Shown piece by piece: positions 16,414-25,030 of a stretch of 50,474 nucleotides of DNA. Every line of letters starts with the position of its first letter. Within the stretch, counting starts at the first letter, position 1. Origin of the DNA: Allosphingosinicella sp. (GTDB lineage Bacteria; Pseudomonadota; Alphaproteobacteria; Sphingomonadales; Sphingomonadaceae); assembly GCA_036400035.1 (NCBI GenBank), contig DASWLY010000008.1, positions 1 to 50,474 of the forward strand. The letters run 5' to 3'. The translations under genes were made by a program, and so were the position numbers. The notes beneath the pieces were generated by a model that did no database searches, had not been told where the DNA came from, and was given only the letters and a program-made list of their open reading frames with translations.

Positions 16414-18699
16414 ATGCCCCTCCCCGCCCCTCCGATCGACACCCGCACCTTCCAGCGGCTGGTCGACGACACCCTGGCGATGGCCCCCACCTGCACTCCG
16501 GAGTGGACCAATTACAACGCGTCCGATCCGGGGGTCACCCTCGTCCAGCTGTTCGCGTTCCTGACCGAGGCGATGATCTACCGGGCCAATCAGATCCCGG
16601 TCCGAAACCGCGCCAAGTTCCTCGACCTGCTCAACATCCCCCTGCGCACCGCCAGCGAGGCGGTCGGCCTCGCGACCATCGTCAACGAGCGCGGTCCGAT
16701 CGAGGCGACGACGCTGGCCGCCGATCTGGAGCTGCTCGCCGGCAAGGTGCCGTTCCGAACCCAGACTGGGCTGGACGTGCTTCCGGTCGAGACCCGGATG
16801 ATGGTCAAGCGCCCCGTGCTCGACCCCGACCCGGCGATGCTCGAATATTACAAACTGCTCTATGCCTCCTACCAGGCCGACTTCCCCGAGGCGCCGTCGC
16901 TCTACGAATCGATCCAGCTCGACCCGATCCGGGACCCGATCGACCTTGCCGGCACCACCGACCGATCGCTGTGGATCGCCCTCATCGCCCGCGCCGACGA
17001 CCGGGCGACCGGCGACGACCCGTGGGCAGCCGTGCGCGAGGCGCTCGGCGGCCGCACCCTTTCCCTCGGGCTGGCGCCGGACCTCGCCGTCGAGCAGCGT
17101 GTGCTGCTTCCCGGCGGCCGCCGCCAGGAACCGGCCGACCTTCTCGCCTTCGAGCTGCCCCAGGTCGGCGCCGACGGGCTGATCGGCTTCGATTCCGACG
17201 GCGCTCCGGCGCCGGCCTACCGGCGGCTCGAGGCCCGGATGGATTTCGATCCGCTCACCCAGGCGGGAGTCGTCCAGATCCCGCTTCCGGACGCGCAGAG
17301 CCTGCGCGGGTGGAGCAACCTCGATCCGCTCGAGGCCGGAGTCGGCGACCTTCCCCCCGCCATCGAGGACACCGCGGTCGGCGAGCGGATCGTCACCTGG
17401 CTCCGAGTCCGCGCCACCGGCGGGGCCCGAGTTCAGCTGCGCTGGGCCGGGATCAACGCCACTCCGATCCGCCAGATCGAGCAGGTCCTCGTCGAACCGC
17501 TCGCGTCCGGCGACGGCACTCCGGACCAGGTCCGCCGCCTCGCCAAGGCGCCGGTGCTCGAAGGGTCGATCGCGGTGACCAGCATCGACGACAAAGGCGA
17601 GGAACGGCAATGGCAGGCCATCGACGACCTCCTGGCAGCGGGGCCGGAGCTCGCCATTCCCGACACCCTCGACCCGCGGCCGACCGATGTCTTCCTGGCG
17701 GACCATGAGGCGGGGCTGCTCCGCTTCGGCGACGGCCTCGCCGGGCGCCGGCCGCCCGACGGCGTGCGTCTGCTCGCCACCTACCTCTATACCGAGGGCG
17801 CCGAAGGCAATGTCGGCCCCGGCGCGATCAAGGGCGGCCCGCTGCTGCCCGCCGGCTTCACCGCGACCAATCCGATAAGGACGTGGAGGGGCGCCGACTC
17901 CGAGAAGGTCGAGGACGGCGAGAAGCAGGTCCGCCGCTACCTTCAGCACCGCGACCGGCTGGTGACGGTCGGCGATTTCGAGACGATCGCGTGGCGAGCG
18001 CCGGGCATCTCGATCGGCCGGATCGATATCCTGCCCGCCTGGCACCCGATCCTGTCTCCGGCGGCCCCGGGCGCGGCGCCGGGGGTCGTCACCGTCCTCG
18101 CCATCCCCCGCTACGATCCCGCTCATCCGAACGCGCCTCGCGCCGACCGGGGTTTCCTCGACGCTTTGTGCAGCCATCTCGATCCTCGACGCCTGGTCAC
18201 CACCGAGCTGGTCGTGCGCGGCCCCATCTACAAAGGGATCTGGATCTCGGTGGGCATCGAGACGATCGCAGGCGCGTCCATCGCCGAGACCAGCGAGGCG
18301 GTTCGGCAGCGGCTGCGCGATGCCCTGACCCCTCTCGCCACCGCGGACTTCGCCGAGCAGCAGGGCCCACTCTACGGCCCGCCGCCCACGGCGGAGCAGC
18401 GCGGCTGGCCGCTGCGCACGCCGGTCCAGGCGCGGGTGCTGCTCGCCGAGGCCGCGCGAGTCCCAGGCGTGCGTTCGGTGGCTCCGGTCCTCCTCGCCGA
18501 AGGATCGGGCGCCGCGGTCGAGACGATTGCGATCGAAGGCATCGAGCTTCCCGAGATATTGGGCATTTCGGTGGTCGCCGGAGATCCGATCGAGCTGTCC
18601 AGCCTGCGCGGCGATTCCTCCCAAGCCGGGTCCACGGGATCGGGCGGGTCGGCCGGTCCGAAGCGCCTGCCGGTGCCGGTGGCGGCGGAGACCTGCTGA
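16414..18699 (+). CDS. Baseplate J-like protein (Afp11-like)
   Basis: MPLPAPPIDTRTFQRLV...PEWTNYNASDPGVTLVQLFA...YRANQIP; RFGDGLAGRRPP; GNVGPG; RDRLVTVGDFE; LDPRRLVTTEL. Confidence 0.93.
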   Translation: MPLPAPPIDTRTFQRLVDDTLAMAPTCTPEWTNYNASDPGVTLVQLFAFLTEAMIYRANQIPVRNRAKFLDLLNIPLRTASEAVGLATIVNERGPIEATTLAADLELLAGKVPFRTQTGLDVLPVETRMMVKRPVLDPDPAMLEYYKLLYASYQADFPEAPSLYESIQLDPIRDPIDLAGTTDRSLWIALIARADDRATGDDPWAAVREALGGRTLSLGLAPDLAVEQRVLLPGGRRQEPADLLAFELPQVGADGLIGFDSDGAPAPAYRRLEARMDFDPLTQAGVVQIPLPDAQSLRGWSNLDPLEAGVGDLPPAIEDTAVGERIVTWLRVRATGGARVQLRWAGINATPIRQIEQVLVEPLASGDGTPDQVRRLAKAPVLEGSIAVTSIDDKGEERQWQAIDDLLAAGPELAIPDTLDPRPTDVFLADHEAGLLRFGDGLAGRRPPDGVRLLATYLYTEGAEGNVGPGAIKGGPLLPAGFTATNPIRTWRGADSEKVEDGEKQVRRYLQHRDRLVTVGDFETIAWRAPGISIGRIDILPAWHPILSPAAPGAAPGVVTVLAIPRYDPAHPNAPRADRGFLDALCSHLDPRRLVTTELVVRGPIYKGIWISVGIETIAGASIAETSEAVRQRLRDALTPLATADFAEQQGPLYGPPPTAEQRGWPLRTPVQARVLLAEAARVPGVRSVAPVLLAEGSGAAVETIAIEGIELPEILGISVVAGDPIELSSLRGDSSQAGSTGSGGSAGPKRLPVPVAAETC

Positions 18700-21503
18700 T
18701 GCGGCCGGACGAATCCCGCTTCCACATGCTGCTCGGGCGCCGGGACTGGCAGACCTCCAGCCTCTCGCAGGGCGAGACGGAGACGCCGCTCGCGGATCTG
18801 TGGGAGCCGCAGGCGGGCGGCCCGCTGCTCGACCGTCCCTATTGGGACGAGCGGCGCTCCGCCCTCACCCTGCCCGAGGACACGAGCCTGCCGCCCGCCA
18901 CCAAGGGGGAAGGCACCTTGTCCCTCGCCACACGCCGCGCCGCGGCGGCCGACGCCAACGGCAATATCTACTGGATCGGCGACGATGCCCTCCGGCTCTA
19001 CGTCCGATCGGCCGGAAACGGGCGGTCGGGACCGTTCTGGCCGGATCCCAGAGCGGGGAAGCGCCCGCCCGACCTCTTCCTGCCGGCCGCGCCGCCGCCG
19101 CCCGCCGAGCGCCGCTACACGGCGCTTGCGGCGACCGCCGAGGGATGGCTGATCGCGGCCTTCGAGGAGCCCGGCGGCGGCGGCCTGTCGCAATTCGACC
19201 TGGTCGGCGGCGGCGCGCCCAGCGACCGCTACTGGCCTCAGGGCGCCGGCATCCGCGCGCTCGACCTGGCGGCGGGATGCTGCGGCGGCCTGTGGCTGCT
19301 CGACGGGGCGAAGCGCCTGTTCGAGCTCGACCGCGCGCTGGGCCTGGTCGGCCTCGCTCCGGGCGCTCCGGAGGCAGACCTGTTCCAGCCGCTCGGCGAG
19401 GCATCCCGCAGCCGGGCGGCCTCGAGACCGGCGCTCGGGCGCGACCTCTCCGAGATCGATGAAGCCATCGATCCGATCGCGCTCGAAGCTCTGCCGGGCG
19501 GAGTCGTCGCCCTGCTTTCGCGCCAGGGGGAATCGGGCAGGATATTCATCCTGCGTCCCGACGGCACCACGCTGACGATGCCCCTGCCCGACGGCTTCGT
19601 GCCGCACGACATGGCTCTGGGGGCCGCCACGCTTCGCGACGGTTCCAGCGGGTCGCGGCTGGCGGTCACCGGCGGCTCGGGCAACCAGGCGCTCTCCTTC
19701 GGCATAGCGGGCGAAGGCGCGACCTTGACCCTGGCCTCCCTGCCGGAGGCGTTTCCGCTCCGCCGCTACGGCGGGCGGGCGCTGGTGCCGGTGCTGGGGA
19801 TCCTGAATTACGACAGCGGCCCCAACCCGAACTGGATGCCGCTGGTCGAGCGGCCGCGGCTTCGCTTCGCCGAGACCGTCACCTTCGTCACCCGGGTGTT
19901 CGACGGAGTGATCCCGCAAACGGTCTGGGACCGGATCCGACTCGACGGCTGCATACCCCCGGGCACCGCGGTAAGGATCGAGGCGCGCGCCGCCGACGAG
20001 AAGGATACCGGGGCCGGGCTCAGCGGCGAATGGTTCGCTCAGCCCCCCCTGGTCCTCAACCCCAACGGAAGCGAGTTCGCGGGCTACGGCCCTAGCGCCG
20101 TCCCGGCCACTGACCTCGCCAAGGGCAAGGGAAGCTGGGAATTGCTGCTCCAGAGGATCCGGGGCCGCTTCGCGCAGCTGCGGATCACCCTGTCCGGCGA
20201 CGGCGGCGACAGCCCGCATCTGCGCGCCCTTCGGTTATGGTATCCGAGGCAGAGCTGGTCCGAGCGCTATCTCCCGGCCGTCTATCGAAGCGACCCGGAG
20301 CCCGCCGACTTCCTCGAGCGGTTCCTTGCCAACATGGAGGGGACGGTCACCGTCATCGAGCGGCGGATCGCCGACGCCCAGTTCCTGTTCGACCCGCGCA
20401 GCGCCCCCGTCGAGACCCTGGAGTGGCTGGCTTCCTGGTTCGACGTCGCCCTCGACCCCGCATGGGACGAGCAGCGCCGCCGCCTGTTCATCGCCCATGC
20501 GGTGACTTTCTTCGCCATGCGCGGGACCGTGCGCGGGGTCGAGACGGCGCTGGCCTTGGCCTTCGACGAATGCGTCGACGAGCGGCTGTTCACCGACCCG
20601 GAGCCCGAGGGTTCGGGGATCCGAATCGTCGAGAGCTTCCTGACCCGCCGGCCGGGAGTCCTGGCAGCGCCGGACGGAGCCCGCTTCTGGACTCCCGCCG
20701 AGGGGAATGCCGGCCTCGCCGACCGCCTCGCCCGAGCGCGCGGGCTCGCAAGCGCCTCGGCCGGCGATCGCGCCCTGCCGGTGCCGCTTTACGCTCCCGC
20801 CGGCGCCGATCCGGCGGTCTGGGCAGCGGAGATGGCCGCCGCATTGGGCTTCGTGCCGGAGGCGGCCGCCGGCGAGCGGCAAAGATGGCGGCAATATCAG
20901 CTGAGCCTCGGCCGCAGTGCGGCGGCGGCCGATCTTCCGCGCGGCGGAGTCGCCGGCGGCCAGCGCTCCCACTGGACGGGCTTCGCCGCGCTCGCGTCGC
21001 GGCAGCGCGGATTGTGGCAGCAATTTCTCCACGGCCGCTACGCCAGGCTCGCCGCCCTGAACTCGGCCCACGCCGCCGCCTGGACGAGCTTCGCCGAGGT
21101 GTCGCTTCCGGACCGCCTGCCGGCAACCCCGGCGGGGCAGGAGGACTGGCGAAGCTTCGAGGCCGACATCCTCCCGACCGACTCGGCCGCCCATCGCTTC
21201 AGCGTCCTGCTTCCGGTCGCGACGGTGGTGACGGACTCCGCCGCTCTGGCCAGGCAGGAAGCCCTCGCCCGCCGGATCGTGGAGCTGGAGAAGCCGGCGC
21301 ACACCGTCTTCGACGTCCGCTTCTACTTCGCCATGAACCGTATCGGCGAGGCGCGGCTGGGGCTGGACACGACGTTGGGACAGGGAAGCCGGGCACCCGA
21401 ATTGCTGCCGCCGGCGATCCTCGGCCGCGCCTATCTGGGCGAAAGCTTCGTCGGTCCGGAAGGTCCTTTCGACAGCGACGGTCGCAAGAGGCTGGCATGC
21501 TGA
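18699..21503 (+). CDS. Phage tail protein I-like baseplate protein (934 aa, Afp12-like role)
   Basis: TGATG overlap. Central YLPAVY...FLERFLANME...LEWLASWF...WDEQRRR...RGTVRG motif of the P2 tail-I family. AHRFSVLLP...EKPAHT near the C-terminus. Confidence 0.85.
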   Translation: MRPDESRFHMLLGRRDWQTSSLSQGETETPLADLWEPQAGGPLLDRPYWDERRSALTLPEDTSLPPATKGEGTLSLATRRAAAADANGNIYWIGDDALRLYVRSAGNGRSGPFWPDPRAGKRPPDLFLPAAPPPPAERRYTALAATAEGWLIAAFEEPGGGGLSQFDLVGGGAPSDRYWPQGAGIRALDLAAGCCGGLWLLDGAKRLFELDRALGLVGLAPGAPEADLFQPLGEASRSRAASRPALGRDLSEIDEAIDPIALEALPGGVVALLSRQGESGRIFILRPDGTTLTMPLPDGFVPHDMALGAATLRDGSSGSRLAVTGGSGNQALSFGIAGEGATLTLASLPEAFPLRRYGGRALVPVLGILNYDSGPNPNWMPLVERPRLRFAETVTFVTRVFDGVIPQTVWDRIRLDGCIPPGTAVRIEARAADEKDTGAGLSGEWFAQPPLVLNPNGSEFAGYGPSAVPATDLAKGKGSWELLLQRIRGRFAQLRITLSGDGGDSPHLRALRLWYPRQSWSERYLPAVYRSDPEPADFLERFLANMEGTVTVIERRIADAQFLFDPRSAPVETLEWLASWFDVALDPAWDEQRRRLFIAHAVTFFAMRGTVRGVETALALAFDECVDERLFTDPEPEGSGIRIVESFLTRRPGVLAAPDGARFWTPAEGNAGLADRLARARGLASASAGDRALPVPLYAPAGADPAVWAAEMAAALGFVPEAAAGERQRWRQYQLSLGRSAAAADLPRGGVAGGQRSHWTGFAALASRQRGLWQQFLHGRYARLAALNSAHAAAWTSFAEVSLPDRLPATPAGQEDWRSFEADILPTDSAAHRFSVLLPVATVVTDSAALARQEALARRIVELEKPAHTVFDVRFYFAMNRIGEARLGLDTTLGQGSRAPELLPPAILGRAYLGESFVGPEGPFDSDGRKRLAC

Positions 21504-21542
21504 CCCTCGCCCACACCGCCAAGTTCGACAAGGAGCCGCACA

Positions 21543-23309
21543 ATGGGATGCTGTAATCAGATTTCGACCGGCCTGGTCGCCGGCGCTCCCGACCCGTCGC
21601 TGCACGTCAACTTCGTCAAGGGGATGGTGCTCGGAGTCGACGATTACCGCCAGGAATTCGCCTATCTTTCCAACGGCTACCGCTGGGCGATACGCGAACT
21701 CATCGGCTACGGCACCGCGAGCGGCCTCGCCGTCGCGGTCGAGGAGGACGGCCCCGCCGGACCGCGGGTGCGGGTGTCTCCCGGCTCCGCGGTGCCGCCC
21801 TCCGGCAAGATGATCTGCGTCGGCTCGGCGCAATGCGGATCGATCAACGCCTGGCTCGCCAAGCCGGAGGTTGCCGCGGATCTGAGCCGCCGGCTGTCCG
21901 CCAACTCGCCGCCCGGCTCCGGCGCCATTGCGATCCATCTCACCCTTTGCTTCCGCGATTGCGAGACCCTGCCGGTGCCGGTGCCGGGCACGCCCTGCCG
22001 GACCGACGACGAGCTGATGGTGCCCTCGCGGATCGCCGACGATTATCATCTTTCGCTGAGCTTCGATCCGCCGCCCCAGGCGGAGGCGGATGCGATCGCC
22101 TTGCTTGCGGCTTGGATCGGCAGCGTCGAGCTTTCCGAGTCGGCTTCCCCGCCCGACGATGAGGAAGCCGCGTGGCCCTCGGCGGTCAGAGCCGCTCTGG
22201 CCTTCATCGACGGCGCCTTCCGGTCCGAACCCAGCCCGCCCGATGCCGGCGCTCCGGACGGCGGCCATGATTTCGCCGGGCTGCCCGGCAGTCCGCCCTG
22301 GGGCCTGCCGCCGCTGATCGTTTCCGAGGAGCGCTATGACGACTTCATCCGGGTGGCATTCAGGATCTGGGTGACCGAATTCAGGCCGAGCTTCATGGCG
22401 AGGCGCTGCGCCGCTCCGGCTGACGATGCCGACGATTGCCTGCTCCTCGCCACCCTCGACGTCGCGGTGCTGCGCGAGGGGGATTCGGAGGAGCGCGGCT
22501 GGCAGGTCGACCCCGCCGTGCAGATCCGGATCGACGAACGCCGCCGGCCGCTGATCGCCCCGCTCCATCTCGTCCAGACCGCGCTCGGAGTTGCCGACGA
22601 CGCCGATGCCGACCCGGACGCGGTGCTGCTGTCGCCTCCCGCCGGTCCGACGGGTCCGGAGGGACCCCAGGGTCCGCAGGGCCTGCCGGGGCCGCAGGGT
22701 TCGAAGGGGGACAAAGGCGATCCCGGCGTCCCGGGGGCAGCTGGCGCGGCCGGACCCAAGGGCGACAAGGGCGATGCCGGCGCTCCGGGGACCGCGGGTG
22801 CGCCCGGCGCCAAGGGCGACAAAGGCGATGCCGGCGCGACCGGGGCGACGGGCGCGCAAGGCGCTCCCGGCGCGAAGGGCGACAAAGGCGACCAGGGAGT
22901 ACCGGGACCGCCGGGCACCTTCGGGCCGTTCATCCTGCGGCCCATCTTCATCAACGCCGACTTCACCATTCCGGCGACGGCCGAGATCGACGTCGTCGTC
23001 GCCCAGCAGGGCGCCGGGACGATCATTCTCCCCGAGGCGGCGGCCGTTAAGCCGGGACGGATATTCGCCATTCGGGCGATGAGCGAGATCCGGGTGGTGT
23101 CGACCCCCAACAACACCGTCGAAGGCGCGAACACCCTCTCGCTGTCCCCGGGAGAGGCCGAGATGCTGATGTCGGACGGCAAGGCTCGATGGATCAGCAT
23201 CGCCGACCGCAGGCCGCCCGCGGTCGAGCCCATGATGGGCCGGACCGGGGCTGGACGCCTCGGCAGGGTGCTCGGCGGCATCGCCGGCGACGGCACCGTG
23301 CTACGTTGA
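21543..23309 (+). CDS. Collagen-like tail fibre protein (588 aa)
   Basis: N-terminal [18 protein letters not shown]...YGTASGLAV domain, 32 Gly-X-Y triplets and a beta-rich C-terminal domain. Five SPP motifs. Confidence 0.8.
   Translation: MGCCNQISTGLVAGAPDPSLHVNFVKGMVLGVDDYRQEFAYLSNGYRWAIRELIGYGTASGLAVAVEEDGPAGPRVRVSPGSAVPPSGKMICVGSAQCGSINAWLAKPEVAADLSRRLSANSPPGSGAIAIHLTLCFRDCETLPVPVPGTPCRTDDELMVPSRIADDYHLSLSFDPPPQAEADAIALLAAWIGSVELSESASPPDDEEAAWPSAVRAALAFIDGAFRSEPSPPDAGAPDGGHDFAGLPGSPPWGLPPLIVSEERYDDFIRVAFRIWVTEFRPSFMARRCAAPADDADDCLLLATLDVAVLREGDSEERGWQVDPAVQIRIDERRRPLIAPLHLVQTALGVADDADADPDAVLLSPPAGPTGPEGPQGPQGLPGPQGSKGDKGDPGVPGAAGAAGPKGDKGDAGAPGTAGAPGAKGDKGDAGATGATGAQGAPGAKGDKGDQGVPGPPGTFGPFILRPIFINADFTIPATAEIDVVVAQQGAGTIILPEAAAVKPGRIFAIRAMSEIRVVSTPNNTVEGANTLSLSPGEAEMLMSDGKARWISIADRRPPAVEPMMGRTGAGRLGRVLGGIAGDGTVLR
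22644..22931 (+). repeat. Collagen Gly-X-Y repeat (32 triplets; four KGDKGD units)
   Basis: [30 protein letters not shown]...[21 protein letters not shown] counted in the translation. Confidence 0.95.
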
Positions 23310-23319
23310 GGAGGCAGAC

Positions 23320-24570
23320 ATGGCGACAGATTTTCCGGCGCTCGATCAGCCGCTTCCCGACGGCGGCATCCGCACCGTCAATTTCTTCAACGGACGGCTG
23401 CTTACGGGAAGCGACATGGGCCGCGAGCAGGCGGCCCGGCGCGAGGCCGACGCCCGGATCGGCCTGGCTCTGGGCGACGGAGTCGCCGAGGGGCTGTACG
23501 TCGAGTTCGCGGGACGGATCGCGCCGAACAATCGACCCGCGGTGACCGTCACCGCGGGAATGGCGGTCAACCGGGAGGGGCGCACGCTCCTCCTCCCCCA
23601 CGAGGTGACGGTCGCCCTGTCGCGGAGCGCTCCGGCCGGACCGGAGGCTGTGGCGTGCCTGTTCGAGGACTGCACCGAGGCCGGCGCCGGGGAATATGTC
23701 GCGGGCCAAGGCCTCTATCTCCTCACCATCGCCCCCGCCTTCGTCAGCGAGGGGCGGGCGAAGACCAACGGCTTCGACGACCAGGGAGTCCGCTGCAACA
23801 CCGACGCGACCGTGGAAGCGGTGCAGTTCCGGACCATCGCGATCAGCCCGCAGCTTCTCGGCGGCGCCGCGTTCGGCACGAGCGATTTCCGCAACCGGGT
23901 CGCCTACCGCGCCTTCGGCAAAGGCGTCACCCGGGCCTGGGCCGCCGACCTGCTCGGATCGGAGCCGCGCCGGGACGATCTGCTCGAGGCGCTCGGCTCG
24001 CTGCTCCACGCGGAGGAGGTCCCGCTCGCCCTGCTCGCCTTCACCGGCAGCTTCGACCATCTGTTCACCGACAATTGGAGCGTTCGCCGGCCGGTCTGCC
24101 CGCGCGACCCGGACGCCGTCGTCGCCAATTTGGCCGAGCCGCGTCGGCCCGTCGTCGGACGGGCCATGTTCCGCCAGTTCCAGGAGCATGTCTCCACGCT
24201 CGCCGCGGCCAACGGCAAGCTGCCGTCAGTGACGGCGCGAAGCCATTTCAAATGGCTCCCGCCGGTGGGCATCCTGCCCTGGCTGACCGACGCCGAGGCC
24301 CGTGCCTTTTTCGCCGGGATGACCGTGCGCGGCCCGCTCCACATCGACGCCGCCAGCGCCGAGCCGCTGATCCGGGAGAGCTTCGACATGCCCGCCGTGG
24401 AGACGGCGTCGGCCGAAGCGGTCTGGCTCTACCGGATCGCCCAGAACCGGATGGATCCGGCCCGTCCGGCGCCGGTGATGCTCTTCGCGAGCGGCCACCT
24501 GCCCTGCCGCGCGGATGCCCGCTTCAACCTGAATTACTGGAACTACGCCAATTACGCGCTGATACCGTGA
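23320..24570 (+). CDS. eCIS fibre/baseplate-attachment-like hypothetical protein (416 aa)
   Basis: GAGGAGG RBS. N-terminal VNFFNGRLLTGSDMGREQ...DGVAEGLYV...VTVTAGMAV is paralogous to the N-terminus of the collagen fibre. Confidence 0.75.
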   Translation: MATDFPALDQPLPDGGIRTVNFFNGRLLTGSDMGREQAARREADARIGLALGDGVAEGLYVEFAGRIAPNNRPAVTVTAGMAVNREGRTLLLPHEVTVALSRSAPAGPEAVACLFEDCTEAGAGEYVAGQGLYLLTIAPAFVSEGRAKTNGFDDQGVRCNTDATVEAVQFRTIAISPQLLGGAAFGTSDFRNRVAYRAFGKGVTRAWAADLLGSEPRRDDLLEALGSLLHAEEVPLALLAFTGSFDHLFTDNWSVRRPVCPRDPDAVVANLAEPRRPVVGRAMFRQFQEHVSTLAAANGKLPSVTARSHFKWLPPVGILPWLTDAEARAFFAGMTVRGPLHIDAASAEPLIRESFDMPAVETASAEAVWLYRIAQNRMDPARPAPVMLFASGHLPCRADARFNLNYWNYANYALIP

Positions 24571-24583
24571 AGGGAGCCGGAAC

Positions 24584-25030
24584 ATGGTCGAGAAAAAGGG
24601 AATGGCCGCCCAACGATTGGGCAGGAAGGTCGTCGAACCGGAAGCCCTGGTGCAGCAGGGCCCCGAGTTCATTGGAAATCGGAAAGCCGAGGCCGTTCGA
24701 AATCCCGACGCCGAGTTCGTCGGAGGCCGGATGACCGAGGCGGATTCGAATCCCGACGTCGAGGCGGTCGGAGACAAAGGGGAGTTCGCTCCTGACACCA
24801 AGAGCCCGCCGATCGTAGCGAAGCCCGGCCGGCCCCGCTGGCCCCGTCGGCCCCGCCGGCCCGGGCGGCAGGAGCCGGCGCTCCGCCTGGTGCAGGCCGG
24901 TGACCTGATCACCGCCGATTTCATGAACGACCTGGTCCAGGCGGTCCAAGATCTGCAATCGCGAGTCGCCGACCTGGAGGCGGCGGACGACGACGATTCG
25001 TCCGACGACTTCAGCGCGAACGCGATCTAG
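24584..25030 (+). CDS. Hypothetical eCIS protein (148 aa)
   Basis: GGGAG RBS. C-terminal VQAGDLITADFMNDLVQAVQDLQSRVADLE (fibre-attachment-like motif plus coiled coil). Confidence 0.6.
   Translation: MVEKKGMAAQRLGRKVVEPEALVQQGPEFIGNRKAEAVRNPDAEFVGGRMTEADSNPDVEAVGDKGEFAPDTKSPPIVAKPGRPRWPRRPRRPGRQEPALRLVQAGDLITADFMNDLVQAVQDLQSRVADLEAADDDDSSDDFSANAI

Noticed and set aside
22644-22931. CRISPR-like or DNA tandem repeat (AAGGGCGACAA units)
   Set aside because: In-frame collagen KGDKGD coding repeats with synonymous variation; no unique spacers or cas genes.
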